From the NCBI GenBank assembly GCA_963783055.1, contig CAWAMB010000004.1, positions 40,442 through 104,441 of the forward strand: a stretch of 64,000 bases of DNA, read 5' to 3'. This stretch comes from an uncultured Chloroflexia bacterium. Its GTDB lineage: Bacteria; Chloroflexota; Limnocylindria; Limnocylindrales; CSP1-4. The notes beneath the pieces are model-generated. The model was not told the DNA's origin and made no database searches. It was given only the letters and a program-made list of their open reading frames with translations. Positions 52,476 to 62,767 of the stretch are shown here, in pieces (positions within the stretch are counted from its first letter, which is position 1; each line of letters begins with the position of its first letter). The position numbers and the translations under genes are program-made.

Positions 52476-54239
52476 TCAGGCGCGCGCGGCCCGACTGGCG
52501 CCGCTGGCCGAGCCGGCTCCGGCGCCGTCCGCCCCGCGCTCCGCCCCGCCGGCGGTCCCGGCGGCGATCCGCTCGGACAGGATCCGGCGATGGAAGCTGA
52601 TCGGCAGGGAGCCGTTGTTGAGCAGCGTGTCGTGGAAGTCGCGCAGCGAGAACGAGCTGCCGAGCCGCGTCTGCTCGTCCGCCCGGAGCCCGAGCAGGAG
52701 CACCTTCCCGAGCAGGTAGGAGAGCTGGTACGTCGGGGTATACGTGTAGCGCCGGACCTCCGCCCGGGCGTTTGCCTCCTCGAAGCTCGTCTGCTCGACG
52801 AGGAACTTGATCGCCTCGTCGACGGCGACCTCGCCGCGATGCATCCGCACGTCGAGGATGATCCGGCAGGCCCGCCAGATCGCGTCGGTGTGCATGTTGA
52901 GCCGGAAGTTGGCGGCTGCGTCGAAGCCCTGCTCGCGCATCATCTGCTCGGAGTACATCCCCCAACCCTCGACGAACTCGGGGGCGTCGGTCATCAGCCG
53001 GGTCAGCGACGGGTGGCTGTTCGCGACGTGGAGCTGAAGGTGATGACCTGGGTATGCCTCGTGGATGCTCGTGTTGCTGATCGAGCTGAAGTTGTGCTCG
53101 AGCATCGCGTTCGCGTCGTTGCCGACCGACGGCGTGACGATGTAGATGCCCTTCGGCTTCGGGTCGAACTTGGGCGGCGAGAAGTACGCCGCGAACGGGA
53201 TGACGTTGCGGAGGTACTCGGGCGTCTCGACGACGTCGATCCGCTCGTCGGCGGGGACGGTGACGATGTCGTGGTCGATCAGGTGCTGACGGGCGCGGAC
53301 CATGACGTCGCGGTAGGCGTCGAGCGCCTCCTCGAACGTCGCCGGGTGGTCGGCCTTGAGGCGGCCGATGACCTCGGCCTCGGTCGCGTGGTCGTCGACC
53401 TCGGACGCCGCCCGGATCCGGGCGGCCTTGTTCGTCTCGAGCTGGTCCTCGCCGATCTCGAGGATGGCGTCGGCATCGAGGCCGTCGAAGGCGCGCAGGC
53501 TCACCAGCTCGTCGTAGTGCTCGCGCCCGAGGGCCCAGTCGTCGGTCCCCGTGGCGAGCGATTCCTTGAGCCAGGCGCCGTACTCGCTGATCGCCGTCCG
53601 GGCCGTGTCGGCGGCGGCGGCCAGGCGCCGTCGCTCGGCGTCGGGCAGGACCGCTCCGGCGGTGACGATCTCGTCGAAGAACGACGGCAGGTCGGCCGCC
53701 GACTCGATCTCGAGTGCCTGCCAACTCTGGACCTGCGGCACGACGGCCCGGTCGCGCGACTGCTCGAGCCACGTCGGGACGGCCTCGAGGCGGCTGGCGA
53801 TCGACTCCAGCCGCTCCGGCAGCGGGGCGAAGTCCTGGGCGAAGAGGAGGAACAGCGCGTCGCCCACGACATCGAGCGCCGTCGAGCGGCGCTCCCAGGT
53901 CCGGACGACCTCGGTGTCGAAGTTCTGGCGGCGGACGTTGTGGATCTCGAGATCGCGCTCGAACCGGACCTCGGGCGACAGGCCGGCTTCGTCGAGGGCC
54001 TCGATCGCGGCCAGGTGGTCCTTGTCGGCCGCCAGCTCGGCCAGGACCGCGTCGCGCGTCCCGTCGCCGAGCCGGTCGTCCTCGGTGTGGATGCCGATGT
54101 AGGTCCCGACGAGCGGGTTGTCGGCCAGGATCCGGCGGAAGCGGGCCTCGACCAGGTCGTAGAAGCGATCGTCGAGCGGGCCGGGTTCGGCCGCGACGTC
54201 GGGCCGGGTCAGGACGACGTCCTGGAGGGTGTCGGTCAC
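52476..54239 (-). CDS. DUF885-family protein (metallopeptidase-like HEAxPGHH motif)
   Basis: GTG 54239 after an AGGAGA RBS. ..IHEAYPGHHLQL..EGWGMYSEQMM..YTYTPTYQLSY... Confidence 0.85.
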   Translation of the reverse strand: MTDTLQDVVLTRPDVAAEPGPLDDRFYDLVEARFRRILADNPLVGTYIGIHTEDDRLGDGTRDAVLAELAADKDHLAAIEALDEAGLSPEVRFERDLEIHNVRRQNFDTEVVRTWERRSTALDVVGDALFLLFAQDFAPLPERLESIASRLEAVPTWLEQSRDRAVVPQVQSWQALEIESAADLPSFFDEIVTAGAVLPDAERRRLAAAADTARTAISEYGAWLKESLATGTDDWALGREHYDELVSLRAFDGLDADAILEIGEDQLETNKAARIRAASEVDDHATEAEVIGRLKADHPATFEEALDAYRDVMVRARQHLIDHDIVTVPADERIDVVETPEYLRNVIPFAAYFSPPKFDPKPKGIYIVTPSVGNDANAMLEHNFSSISNTSIHEAYPGHHLQLHVANSHPSLTRLMTDAPEFVEGWGMYSEQMMREQGFDAAANFRLNMHTDAIWRACRIILDVRMHRGEVAVDEAIKFLVEQTSFEEANARAEVRRYTYTPTYQLSYLLGKVLLLGLRADEQTRLGSSFSLRDFHDTLLNNGSLPISFHRRILSERIAAGTAGGAERGADGAGAGSASGASRAARA

Positions 54240-54369
54240 GAGGGTCTCCTGGTCGTGGGCTCGTGGCGCCGCCCGGAACGCATCCTGTCGGGCAGTGCCG
54301 CGGGACCGGGCGAGATGGGCCCGGCGCGTGGCCGTGAGTGTCGCCGATCGGGGCGGATCGTGCCAGCCG

Positions 54370-55503
54370 TCAGGCGGGGACGGCAGCCCTCGCTGGCCGG
54401 GTCTTGCCGTTCGAGCCGAGCTCGGCGAGGGCATCCGCCACGACCGCGGCCACGCGCTCGATATCCGACGCGGCGATCCCGCTGTTCGTCGCGGCCCGGA
54501 CCTGGTTGTGGGGATACCACTCGAGGCGAACCCCGCGGGAGGCCGCGGCGGCCAGGAAGGCCTGGCGGTCGGCGGCAACGCGGAACAGGACGAAGTTGGT
54601 CCGGACGCGCGTGGGATCGAGCGGCGCGTCGTCCGCGCCGGGCTGGGCGATGTCGCCGGGCGAGCGGACGCCGGGGATGGCCGTCAGGAGGTCCGCGAGC
54701 CGGCGGGCGTTGGCGTGGTCCTCCGCGAGCCGGTCGATCATCCCGGCGTCGCCGTCCCGCAGGGCGATCAGCCCGGCCGCCGCGAGGATGCCCGCCTGGC
54801 GCATCCCGCCGCCGAGCAGCTTCCGGGCCCGGCGCGCCTTCGCGATGAACGCCGTCGACCCGACGACCACGGAGCCCGCCGGGCAGGACAGGCCCTTCGA
54901 CAGGCAGAAGGTCACCGAGTCGGCCGAGGCGGCGAGGACCGCCGCCGGAACGTCGAGCGCCACGACGGCGTTGAAGAACCGCGCCCCGTCGACGTGGAGC
55001 GGCACGCCGCGGCCATGGGCCACGCCGGCGACCTGCTCGGTGTATTCCACGGTCAGCGGCTGGTTGCCGGAGTGGCTGTGGGCGTTCTCGATCGCGACGA
55101 GGGCCGTGGTCGGCTCGTGGGCGTCGGTCGGGTCGCGGAATGCGCCCGCGATCTCGAGCGGGTCGAGGGTGCCGTCCGGCCGGTCCCGAAGCTGGAGGAC
55201 GCTCGCGCCGACGACAACAGCATGGCCTGCCGCCTCGTCCCGGACGATGTGGCTCTGGGCGCCGGCGATGATCTCGCCGCCGCGCGGCACGTGGGCCATC
55301 AGCGACACGAGGTTGCCCATCGTCCCGGTCGAGACGAACAGGCCGGCCTCCTTGCCGAGCAGCTCGGCGGCCCGATCCTCGAGCGCGTTGACCGTCGGAT
55401 CCTCGCCGAAGACGTCGTCGCCGAGCTCGGCCGCCGCCATCGCCCGGCGCATCTCGGCGGTCGGATGGGTGACGGTGTCGGAGCGGAGATCGAGAACGGT
55501 CAT
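54370..55503 (-). CDS. ltaE: low-specificity L-threonine aldolase
   Basis: MTVLDLRSDTVTHPTAEMRRAMAAAELGDDVFGEDPTVNALE..STGTMGNL..FCLSKGL... Confidence 0.9.
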   Translation of the reverse strand: MTVLDLRSDTVTHPTAEMRRAMAAAELGDDVFGEDPTVNALEDRAAELLGKEAGLFVSTGTMGNLVSLMAHVPRGGEIIAGAQSHIVRDEAAGHAVVVGASVLQLRDRPDGTLDPLEIAGAFRDPTDAHEPTTALVAIENAHSHSGNQPLTVEYTEQVAGVAHGRGVPLHVDGARFFNAVVALDVPAAVLAASADSVTFCLSKGLSCPAGSVVVGSTAFIAKARRARKLLGGGMRQAGILAAAGLIALRDGDAGMIDRLAEDHANARRLADLLTAIPGVRSPGDIAQPGADDAPLDPTRVRTNFVLFRVAADRQAFLAAAASRGVRLEWYPHNQVRAATNSGIAASDIERVAAVVADALAELGSNGKTRPARAAVPA

Positions 55504-55596
55504 GGCCGCCGAGTATAGGCGCGGCCGCCGCGGAGTCGGCGCATCTGTGGTCCGCGGCGGTCCCGGCGTCAACCGCGGCAACGCGCACGCTGTACG

Positions 55597-57324
55597 GTGG
55601 GCGAGATGGACGAGCGACGCGCCGACCCCGGATTCACGGTCGCGCCACGGCGTCTCGGTGACGACCCGCACGGCCAGGGTCCGCGCCGCGGCCGCCGGCT
55701 CGGCGTGGCGCTCGTCACCGCCGCCGCGGCCGCGATCATCGCGATCGCGTTCCTCGGCCCGCGCCTGTCGGGCCGCCCGAATCTCGACGTGGCGTTCTTC
55801 GCGACTCCCACGCCGGCAGCCACGCCGACGCCCTCGCCGACCCTTGCCCCGACGCCAACGCCGGATCTCCGGGCGACGCCACTCCCCGTCGTGACGCCGG
55901 AGGATGGCGGGACGGCCTCCGGCCGCGTCGCGTTCGGGGCCGACGGGATGCGCGTCATCGACCTTGCCGACGGCACGATCGAGAAGGCGGCGGATGCGTA
56001 TGCCGGTCGCGACGCCGTCGTTCGGCATCCCGACGGCCTGGGCTGGATGTGCGTCTGCATGGTCGAAGAGGTCGTTGACGACAAGCCCATCCGCATCGTC
56101 CGGCTCATCGACATCGATTCGATCGGCCAGCAGACCGGCGCGACCGACCTCGCCACGCTGCCGGCGACGTATCCGGAGAGCGGTCCGAGCGAACCGCTCA
56201 CGGATGTCGACCTCGCAGCCGACGGACGGACCGGCCTGCTGGCCGTCGGCCACAAGGTCGGCCCGGCGTGGACCATCGCCATCGCGTCGCTCGACGTCGA
56301 CGGCCGGCGGCTGGGGCCGATGACGGAGCTTGGTGCGATCCCGTTTCCGACGGATCCGCCGGTCCCGGAGCCATCGGGATCTGCCGGCGCACCGCCCGCG
56401 CCGCCCGCCCCGTCACCGCCACCGGAGATCTACGTCGATGGCCCCCACGTCCGGATCGCACCGGGTCGCCGCGTCGCGTTCGTGTGGGCCGTCCTCGCTG
56501 AGGCGACCCCGGGAATACCCCCGAGCACCATTCGAGCGTGGCGCGTCGAGCTCGGAACCGATGGCGCGGTCGGCGAGGTGCGAGACGTCGCGGGGTTCGA
56601 CGACCTACCCTTTTTCTGCCCGTATGTCGGGTTCGCGGCCAGCGACCGCCTGGCCTGGCTGTGCCCGCGCGTGAGCGAGAACTCGATCCTTGACTGGCAG
56701 GTTGGCGCGATCGACCTCGACGGCCGGACCACCGGCATCGTCGATCTCCCCGTCCCCGCAGAGACCTACTTGAGCGAGCCCATGTTCGATCGGGCGAACG
56801 GGGTGGTCTACGTCTGGGAGGGGAGCCACCTCGTGCTCACCCGGGTCGATGCCCACACGCTGGATGTGGAGTCCGTCACCTTCGATCCCGCCACGACGGC
56901 CGCGCCCGGGAGGTCGCCCGGCGGCGGGACGAACGCGCCCGACTGGCACGACTCCGACTCGGCTGTTCAGCAGTACTTCTTCAGCCAGATGAGCGCGTCG
57001 CCCGACGGTTCGTCGATCTATCTCGTCGGCTACAAGCCGGCCAGCCCTGAGATGGAGTTCGGCCCCGCCAGTCTCGGGATCCTGGTCGTCGACCGGTCGA
57101 CGCTGGCCCTCGAGGCTCGCTGGGCGCCCGCGGCCGCGTATGTCTCGGTCGCGGTGACGCCTGATGGCCTGGTCCTGGCCAGTGGAGCCGCCGGAGTCGA
57201 CACCGATGGTCGGGAGGCTCAGTGGCAGGGCTCGCTGACTGTCCACGATCCGGCCGATGGTCGGATCCTCGTCCGCTACGGGCGGCTCTCCCAGGATTCG
57301 CCGCCGATCGTGTTCGATCGCTGA
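55597..57324 (+). CDS. hypothetical membrane-anchored extracytoplasmic protein
   Basis: 575-aa ORF (GTG 55597 or ATG 55606) with a TM helix (LGVALVTAAAAAIIAIAFLG), Pro/Thr linkers and a beta-rich body. I recognise no family. Confidence 0.6.
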   Translation: MGEMDERRADPGFTVAPRRLGDDPHGQGPRRGRRLGVALVTAAAAAIIAIAFLGPRLSGRPNLDVAFFATPTPAATPTPSPTLAPTPTPDLRATPLPVVTPEDGGTASGRVAFGADGMRVIDLADGTIEKAADAYAGRDAVVRHPDGLGWMCVCMVEEVVDDKPIRIVRLIDIDSIGQQTGATDLATLPATYPESGPSEPLTDVDLAADGRTGLLAVGHKVGPAWTIAIASLDVDGRRLGPMTELGAIPFPTDPPVPEPSGSAGAPPAPPAPSPPPEIYVDGPHVRIAPGRRVAFVWAVLAEATPGIPPSTIRAWRVELGTDGAVGEVRDVAGFDDLPFFCPYVGFAASDRLAWLCPRVSENSILDWQVGAIDLDGRTTGIVDLPVPAETYLSEPMFDRANGVVYVWEGSHLVLTRVDAHTLDVESVTFDPATTAAPGRSPGGGTNAPDWHDSDSAVQQYFFSQMSASPDGSSIYLVGYKPASPEMEFGPASLGILVVDRSTLALEARWAPAAAYVSVAVTPDGLVLASGAAGVDTDGREAQWQGSLTVHDPADGRILVRYGRLSQDSPPIVFDR

Positions 57325-57443
57325 TCGGCACGCCGAGGGGCCGGCGAGCCGGGTCGCAGCGGTATCCCACACGTCCGCGCCGGGCTTGACCGGCAGTAGC
57401 GGCGCGTGACGTGCAAGTGCTATCCTCCGCACTCGCCGCAACT

Positions 57444-57520
57444 GGACCCGTGGTGTAGCGGCCCAACATGCCAGCCTGTCACGCTGGAGATCGCCGGTTC
57501 GAATCCGGTCGGGTCCGCCA
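57444..57520 (+). tRNA. tRNA-Asp (anticodon GTC)
   Basis: 77-nt cloverleaf: GGACCCG-TG-GTGT-AGCGGCCCA-ACAT-G-CCAGC-CTGTCAC-GCTGG-AGATC-GCCGG-TTCGAAT-CCGGT-CGGGTCC-G-CCA. Confidence 0.9.
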
Positions 57521-57539
57521 TTCTTCGCATCTACCCACG

Positions 57540-57563
57540 CCCCGTCCGCCCGCCCGGACGGGG
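57540..57563 (+). terminator. hairpin downstream of tRNA-Asp
   Basis: CCCCGTCCG-6 nt-CGGACGGGG followed by CGTCCTTCTG. Confidence 0.5.
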
Positions 57564-57604
57564 CGTCCTTCTGCCCGGCGCACCCGCGTGGCATCATCGG
57601 CCCC

Positions 57605-59239
57605 GTGAAGCGCCTGTCCCTCTTGGGCGTCCTCGGCGCCGTGGTCGTCCTGGTCGGTGTGGTCGGCCTTGGCTGGGGGCGGTCGACGCCGCCGTCCGCT
57701 TCGCCGGGCCCGAGTGACGCGGCCCGCGCGACCGCCTCGCCAGCCACGATCCGCCCGACCGACCCCGGGTCGCCGACGGAGGCGCCGGGCGGATCCGCCA
57801 GCCAGCCACCGGTCGACGCCCCGCTCGCCGACGTCCCGATCGTGCCGGTGACGCAGTACCGCACGACCATCGAGAAGGTCACCCGGGCGGAGATCGCGGC
57901 CACACTCGACGGGACGAGCACGCGCTGGGACGCCCTCGAGCTGGTCGAGTCCGAGGCCGACGCGATCCTGGTCGCGCTCCGGGTCGAGGCGCCCGCCGGC
58001 GGCGACCACCTCGTCCTGGCTCCGTCGGCGGCCCGCCTCTCCCGCGACCTCGCCAGGAACCGCAAGCATCTCGGCGTGCTCCGGGCGGATGCCGTCGGGC
58101 CTGGCGTGCGCGCGCTCGGCTGGGGCGGCCACACGCTGTTCGGCGTGGATGCGGTCGAGACGGTCGCGGAGTGGGGACTCACGGCATCCCTGCCGCAGCG
58201 CGTCGACACGCCGATCTTCGATCCGGCCGCCTCGTGGACTGTCGTCGCAGGCGGCGACATCATGCTCGACCGCGGCGTCGCCCAGACCCTGAAGATCAAC
58301 GGCAAGGGCGCCGACTTCCCGTTCGACGGCGGGACCGCCGAGATCACGTCCATCTGCAAGGACTGCTCGCCGCTCGGCTGGGACACCCCCGTGACCCGGC
58401 GCACGGGCAACGCCGGCGTCGTGCGCCACCTGATCGAGTCGGCCGACATCGCGATTGCGAACTTCGAGAACCCGGCGCCGAACATCTTCCGCTACCACAC
58501 GTCGGGGACGGTCTTCTCGGCCGACCCGAAGCTGATCGCCGGTCTGGCGAACGCCGGAATCGACTGGGTCGGGCTGGCCAACAACCACATCCGCGACGCG
58601 GGCGGCGACGGAATCCTCCAGACGATCGCGAATCTCAAGCACTACGGAATCCGCTCGAGCGGCGCCGGGAAGAATCTGGCGGCCGCCCGAAAGCCGGCGA
58701 TCCTCGAGGCCGGTGGCGTGAAGGTCGCCTTCCTCGCGTACGACACGATCGCTCGCACCTACGGCGCCGGGTCCTCACGGGCAGGCAGCGCCCAGATGTC
58801 GCCGGCGGCGATGCGCGCGGACGTGAAGGCCGCCCGGACGGCCGGCGCCGAGGTCGTGATCATCTTTCCCCACTGGGGCACCGAGTACGACCCGACCCCG
58901 TTCAGCGGCCAGCAGACGCTCGCCCGGGCCGCGATCGACGCTGGAGCGGACCTCGTCATCGGCAACCATGCCCACTGGGCCGGTGCGGTCGAGGTCTACA
59001 AGGGCAAGCCGATCTGGTACGCGCTCGGCAACTTCGTCTTCGACCAGACGTGGTCCATCCCGACGATGGAGGGGATCACGCTCGAGCTCACGTTCCACGG
59101 CTCGAAGCTCGTCCAGGCCCGGATGCGGCCGCACATCATCCTCGACAAGGCCCAGCCGAACTTCCTCAACCCGGCCGGCGATGGGCGGATGGTGATGGGC
59201 CAGGTCTTCGACGCCTCGAAGGGTCTGTTGCCCTGGTAG
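57605..59239 (+). CDS. CapA-family (PGA_cap metallophosphatase-like) protein, membrane anchored
   Basis: GTG start, an N-terminal TM helix, and ..VVAGGDIMLDRGV..ADIAIANFENP..GIDWVGLANNHIRDAG..VIIFPHWGTEY..ADLVIGNHAHW... Confidence 0.85.
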   Translation: MKRLSLLGVLGAVVVLVGVVGLGWGRSTPPSASPGPSDAARATASPATIRPTDPGSPTEAPGGSASQPPVDAPLADVPIVPVTQYRTTIEKVTRAEIAATLDGTSTRWDALELVESEADAILVALRVEAPAGGDHLVLAPSAARLSRDLARNRKHLGVLRADAVGPGVRALGWGGHTLFGVDAVETVAEWGLTASLPQRVDTPIFDPAASWTVVAGGDIMLDRGVAQTLKINGKGADFPFDGGTAEITSICKDCSPLGWDTPVTRRTGNAGVVRHLIESADIAIANFENPAPNIFRYHTSGTVFSADPKLIAGLANAGIDWVGLANNHIRDAGGDGILQTIANLKHYGIRSSGAGKNLAAARKPAILEAGGVKVAFLAYDTIARTYGAGSSRAGSAQMSPAAMRADVKAARTAGAEVVIIFPHWGTEYDPTPFSGQQTLARAAIDAGADLVIGNHAHWAGAVEVYKGKPIWYALGNFVFDQTWSIPTMEGITLELTFHGSKLVQARMRPHIILDKAQPNFLNPAGDGRMVMGQVFDASKGLLPW

Positions 59240-59251
59240 ACGCTCCCAGCG

Positions 59252-60262
59252 TCAGCCGAGACCGGCGAACAGGTCGTCCTCGGGCTTGGTCGTCTCGACC
59301 GTCGACTCGCGCAGGATGTAGGCCTCCTTGGCCCAGTGCGCCTTCCAGCCCTCCTCGCCGAAGACCATGAAGCCGCTGTCCATCGCGATCTGAGTCGCGT
59401 GACGCTGGATCGCCCGCCACTTCCGGTCGAGCGGGTCGCCGGAGACGTCGATCCAGGTCGTGATCTGGTCGTCCGGGACGAGCATCTTGGCAAGGAACGC
59501 TTCGTGCTCGGCGCGTTGCTCCGGCGTCGCATCCTCGGGCGGATCCCAGAAGCTCGGCATGCCGGCCTCCTTCATCGCCTCGCGGATCGCTTCGCGGACG
59601 GACGCCGGGATCGCGGTCTCGTAGAGCTTCTTCGGCGCCCACGGCACGACGCCGTTCTCGAGCTGCTTCGGGTACCACGCCGGATCGCCAGCCCGGGCGA
59701 ACGCCCGGATCGACACGTCGTGGACGCGGATGTGGTCGGGGTGGCCGTACCCGCCGAAGCTGTTGTAGGTCGTGACCACGTCGGGCTGGTAGCGCCGGAT
59801 CAGCCAGGTCAGGCGGCCGGCGGCCTCGTCGAGGTCGGCCTGCCAGAACGTCCGCGGGTCGTCGTTGCCGGGCCGGCCCATCATGTCCGAGTCGCGATAG
59901 CCGAGGTTCTCCCACTCGGTCACGCCGAGCTCGCCCATCGCCGCCTCGAGCTCGGCCGCCCGGATCTCGCCGAGCTTGCGGTGGTTCTCCGGCGTGTCCA
60001 TCGCCTTGATGACGATCTCGCCCTGCTCGCCGCGGGTGCCGGTCACGAGGACGACCCGGTGACCGGCGGCGACCGCCTTGGCCATCGCGCCACCGGCGCT
60101 GATCGTCTCGTCGTCCGGGTGGGCGTGGACGGACATCAAGGTCAGGACGTGCGGATTCGAGGGTTCCGGGAGAGGGTTGGCCGGGGGGTTGGTCGCGCGC
60201 GCGTCGCCGGCTGACGATTCGGGCGGAGCGGTCGGGTCGGTGGGAGTCGGGTCATCGGTCAT
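59252..60262 (-). CDS. LmbE/PIG-L-family deacetylase (MshB/Mca-like)
   Basis: ATG 60262. ..LMSVHAHPDDETI..GGYGHPDHIRVH... Confidence 0.85.
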   Translation of the reverse strand: MTDDPTPTDPTAPPESSAGDARATNPPANPLPEPSNPHVLTLMSVHAHPDDETISAGGAMAKAVAAGHRVVLVTGTRGEQGEIVIKAMDTPENHRKLGEIRAAELEAAMGELGVTEWENLGYRDSDMMGRPGNDDPRTFWQADLDEAAGRLTWLIRRYQPDVVTTYNSFGGYGHPDHIRVHDVSIRAFARAGDPAWYPKQLENGVVPWAPKKLYETAIPASVREAIREAMKEAGMPSFWDPPEDATPEQRAEHEAFLAKMLVPDDQITTWIDVSGDPLDRKWRAIQRHATQIAMDSGFMVFGEEGWKAHWAKEAYILRESTVETTKPEDDLFAGLG

Positions 60263-60338
60263 GGCCGCATGATCGCACCGACTCCACTCGACTGGGTATG
60301 CACGGCCCGGTCGATCGCCGGGCGGCCTACCATCGAGC

Positions 60339-61598
60339 GTGATGGCCACTCCCGCCCACGCCACCCAGGCTCCAGGGCCTCTCGCCGGCATCCGCGTCGT
60401 CGACTGCTCGAGCGTGCTCGCCGGACCGTACGCGACGACGCTCCTGGCGGACCTCGGGGCCGACGTGATCAAGGTCGAGCCGCCCGATGGCGACACGACC
60501 CGTGGCTGGGGCCCGCCGTGGGTCGGGTCGGAGGTCGATGGCACGCGGACCGCCGCATACGCCCTCGCCGTCAATCGCAACAAGCGCTCGATCCGGCTCG
60601 ATCTCCGCCGGCCCGATGGGGCAGCCGTCCTGCGCCGTCTCCTCGCCGGCGCCGACGTCCTCGTCGAGAACCTCCGGCCGGGCAGCCTCGACCGGCTCGG
60701 ATTCGACGACGCGACCCTCGCCGCGATCAACCCGGCTCTCGTCCACTGCTCCATCACGGGCTACGGGCCCGACTCGCCGGATCCCGCCCGGCCCGGCTAC
60801 GACTTCGTCATCCAGGCCGAGTCGGGGCTCATGTCGATCACCGGTACGCCCGATTCAGACGGCGGGCGCCCGACGAAGGTCGGCGTCGCGATCAGCGACG
60901 TCCTCACCGGGCTCAACGCCGCGGTCGCCGTCCTCGCGGCGCTGCTCGGGCGCGAGCGCGAGGGTGGCGCGACGGGCTCGTCCGACGGGGGCGCCGGCCA
61001 GCGCATCGACGTGTCGCTTCTCGGCTCGGCCCTGGCGGCCCTCGTCAACCAGGCCCAGAACGCGTTCGCCGGCGACGTTCCGGGCCGGCTCGGCAACGCC
61101 CATCCGAACATCGTTCCCTACCAGGCGTTCGAGACGCTCGACGGCTCGCTCGCGGTCGCGGTCGGGAGCGAGCGCCAGTGGCCGCGGTTCTGTCGGGCGC
61201 TCGGCTTGCCCGCGCTCGCCGACGACCCGGACTACGCCTCGAATGGCGACCGCGTCGCCAACCGCGGCGACCTCATTCCAACGCTCGCCGCCCGCCTCGC
61301 CGAGAGAACGACGGCCGAGTGGCTGGCCGCATTCGATGCCGCCGACGTCCCGGCCGGCCCGATCAACGACGTGGCGGAGGCGTTCGCGTCGCCGTGGGCC
61401 GCCGGTCGGACGGTCGAGCTCGAACACCCGAAGCTCGGCCGCACCCGTCAGGTCCGGCCGCCGTTCGAGCTGTCCCGGACGCCCGCAACCGTCCGAACTC
61501 CGCCGCCGCTCCTTGGCGAGCAGACGGACGAGATCCTCGCCGAGCTCGGATTTCGCCCGGAGGACGTGGCGCGATTGCGCGCGGCCGGTATCGTCTGA
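60339..61598 (+). CDS. CaiB/BaiF family III CoA-transferase
   Basis: ..GIRVVDCSSVLAGPYATTLLADLGADVIKVEPP.GD..R.. and ..GNAHPNIVPYQAF... Confidence 0.9.
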   Translation: MMATPAHATQAPGPLAGIRVVDCSSVLAGPYATTLLADLGADVIKVEPPDGDTTRGWGPPWVGSEVDGTRTAAYALAVNRNKRSIRLDLRRPDGAAVLRRLLAGADVLVENLRPGSLDRLGFDDATLAAINPALVHCSITGYGPDSPDPARPGYDFVIQAESGLMSITGTPDSDGGRPTKVGVAISDVLTGLNAAVAVLAALLGREREGGATGSSDGGAGQRIDVSLLGSALAALVNQAQNAFAGDVPGRLGNAHPNIVPYQAFETLDGSLAVAVGSERQWPRFCRALGLPALADDPDYASNGDRVANRGDLIPTLAARLAERTTAEWLAAFDAADVPAGPINDVAEAFASPWAAGRTVELEHPKLGRTRQVRPPFELSRTPATVRTPPPLLGEQTDEILAELGFRPEDVARLRAAGIV

Positions 61599-61646
61599 GC
61601 CGACGATCGGGGCGGGGGCGTCGGCCGCCCTGGGCAGGAAGGTGCA

Positions 61647-62522
61647 ATGGCGGCCCGATTCCACAACCGGTCCATCCGTGCGGTCGAGATCGCGCTGGCA
61701 GCCGCGACGTTGCTGACGGCGTGCGGCAGCTCAACGCCGCCCCGGCCGACCGATCCACGTGCGATCCTCGCCCATTCGATCGCCGCCACGGCAGCCCTCC
61801 CCACAGCGCGGCTCCACATCGAGATCACCGCGCCGTTCGCCACGATCGGTGGCCAGGATAGGCCCGGCATGGCGTTCCAGATCGCGATCGACGCCGACGT
61901 CGAGATCGCGACCCGCCAGCTCACGGGTCGGGCCGCGGCGCAGATGCCAGAAGGATTCGGCCAGCCCGACGCGCCGCAGGTGATGGACCTGATCGTGATC
62001 AACGGGGCAGCGTTCGCACGGGAGGCTGGGACCGCTCGGTGGATGAAGGCTCCGGCGCGCGGAGCGGCGCCCGGCAGCAACCTGACCAATGCCGAGGTTG
62101 CGGCGATGCTGACCGCCCTGCTCTCGAAGTCGTCCGTCACGGTCGAGCTCGGGGAAGCCTCGCCATGCTCGCTCGGAACCTGTGACCATGTCATCGCCCA
62201 GGTCTCCGGGGAGTCCCTGTGGGCTCTGCTCGGGCCGATCCTCGGGATGCCGAACGCGCTGCCGGCCGACGCGGCGTCGAGCATCACGCTCGACCTCCTC
62301 GTCGACCAGGCGACCTCGATCTTCAGCGAGGTGCGGGCCGAGGACTTGACCGCAGGGCAGGCGACCCGCCTGAACGTGACGATCAGCAACCCAGGCGAGG
62401 CGGTGCTCATCGCCCCGCCGCCGCCTGCCTTGATCGAAGACGACATGACCGGCGGCGCCGAGCCGCCCGTGCCGAACGAGACCTCCCCGCCATCCGCGGT
62501 CGAGTCGCCGGTGACGCCCTGA
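61647..62522 (+). CDS. hypothetical lipoprotein
   Basis: Lipobox AATLLTAC. 291 aa with a Pro-rich C-terminus. Confidence 0.65.
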   Translation: MAARFHNRSIRAVEIALAAATLLTACGSSTPPRPTDPRAILAHSIAATAALPTARLHIEITAPFATIGGQDRPGMAFQIAIDADVEIATRQLTGRAAAQMPEGFGQPDAPQVMDLIVINGAAFAREAGTARWMKAPARGAAPGSNLTNAEVAAMLTALLSKSSVTVELGEASPCSLGTCDHVIAQVSGESLWALLGPILGMPNALPADAASSITLDLLVDQATSIFSEVRAEDLTAGQATRLNVTISNPGEAVLIAPPPPALIEDDMTGGAEPPVPNETSPPSAVESPVTP

Positions 62523-62651
62523 TCGCGGTCGGGATCGGGTCGGCGCCGGTCGCGCGTCACGCCGGTGCGGCGCCGTTGCGCGACTGGAGATCGGCTGCAG
62601 GACTGCACGGGATGGCTCCCAGTCGACGTCCTCACCGCTGCTAGACTCGGC

Positions 62652-62696
<45 letters not shown>

Positions 62697-62767
62697 CAGT
62701 CGCAACCGCCACCGGCCCCGCCGACAGCGCCATGGCCCATGATCCGGCCACTCCCGGAGGACACCCG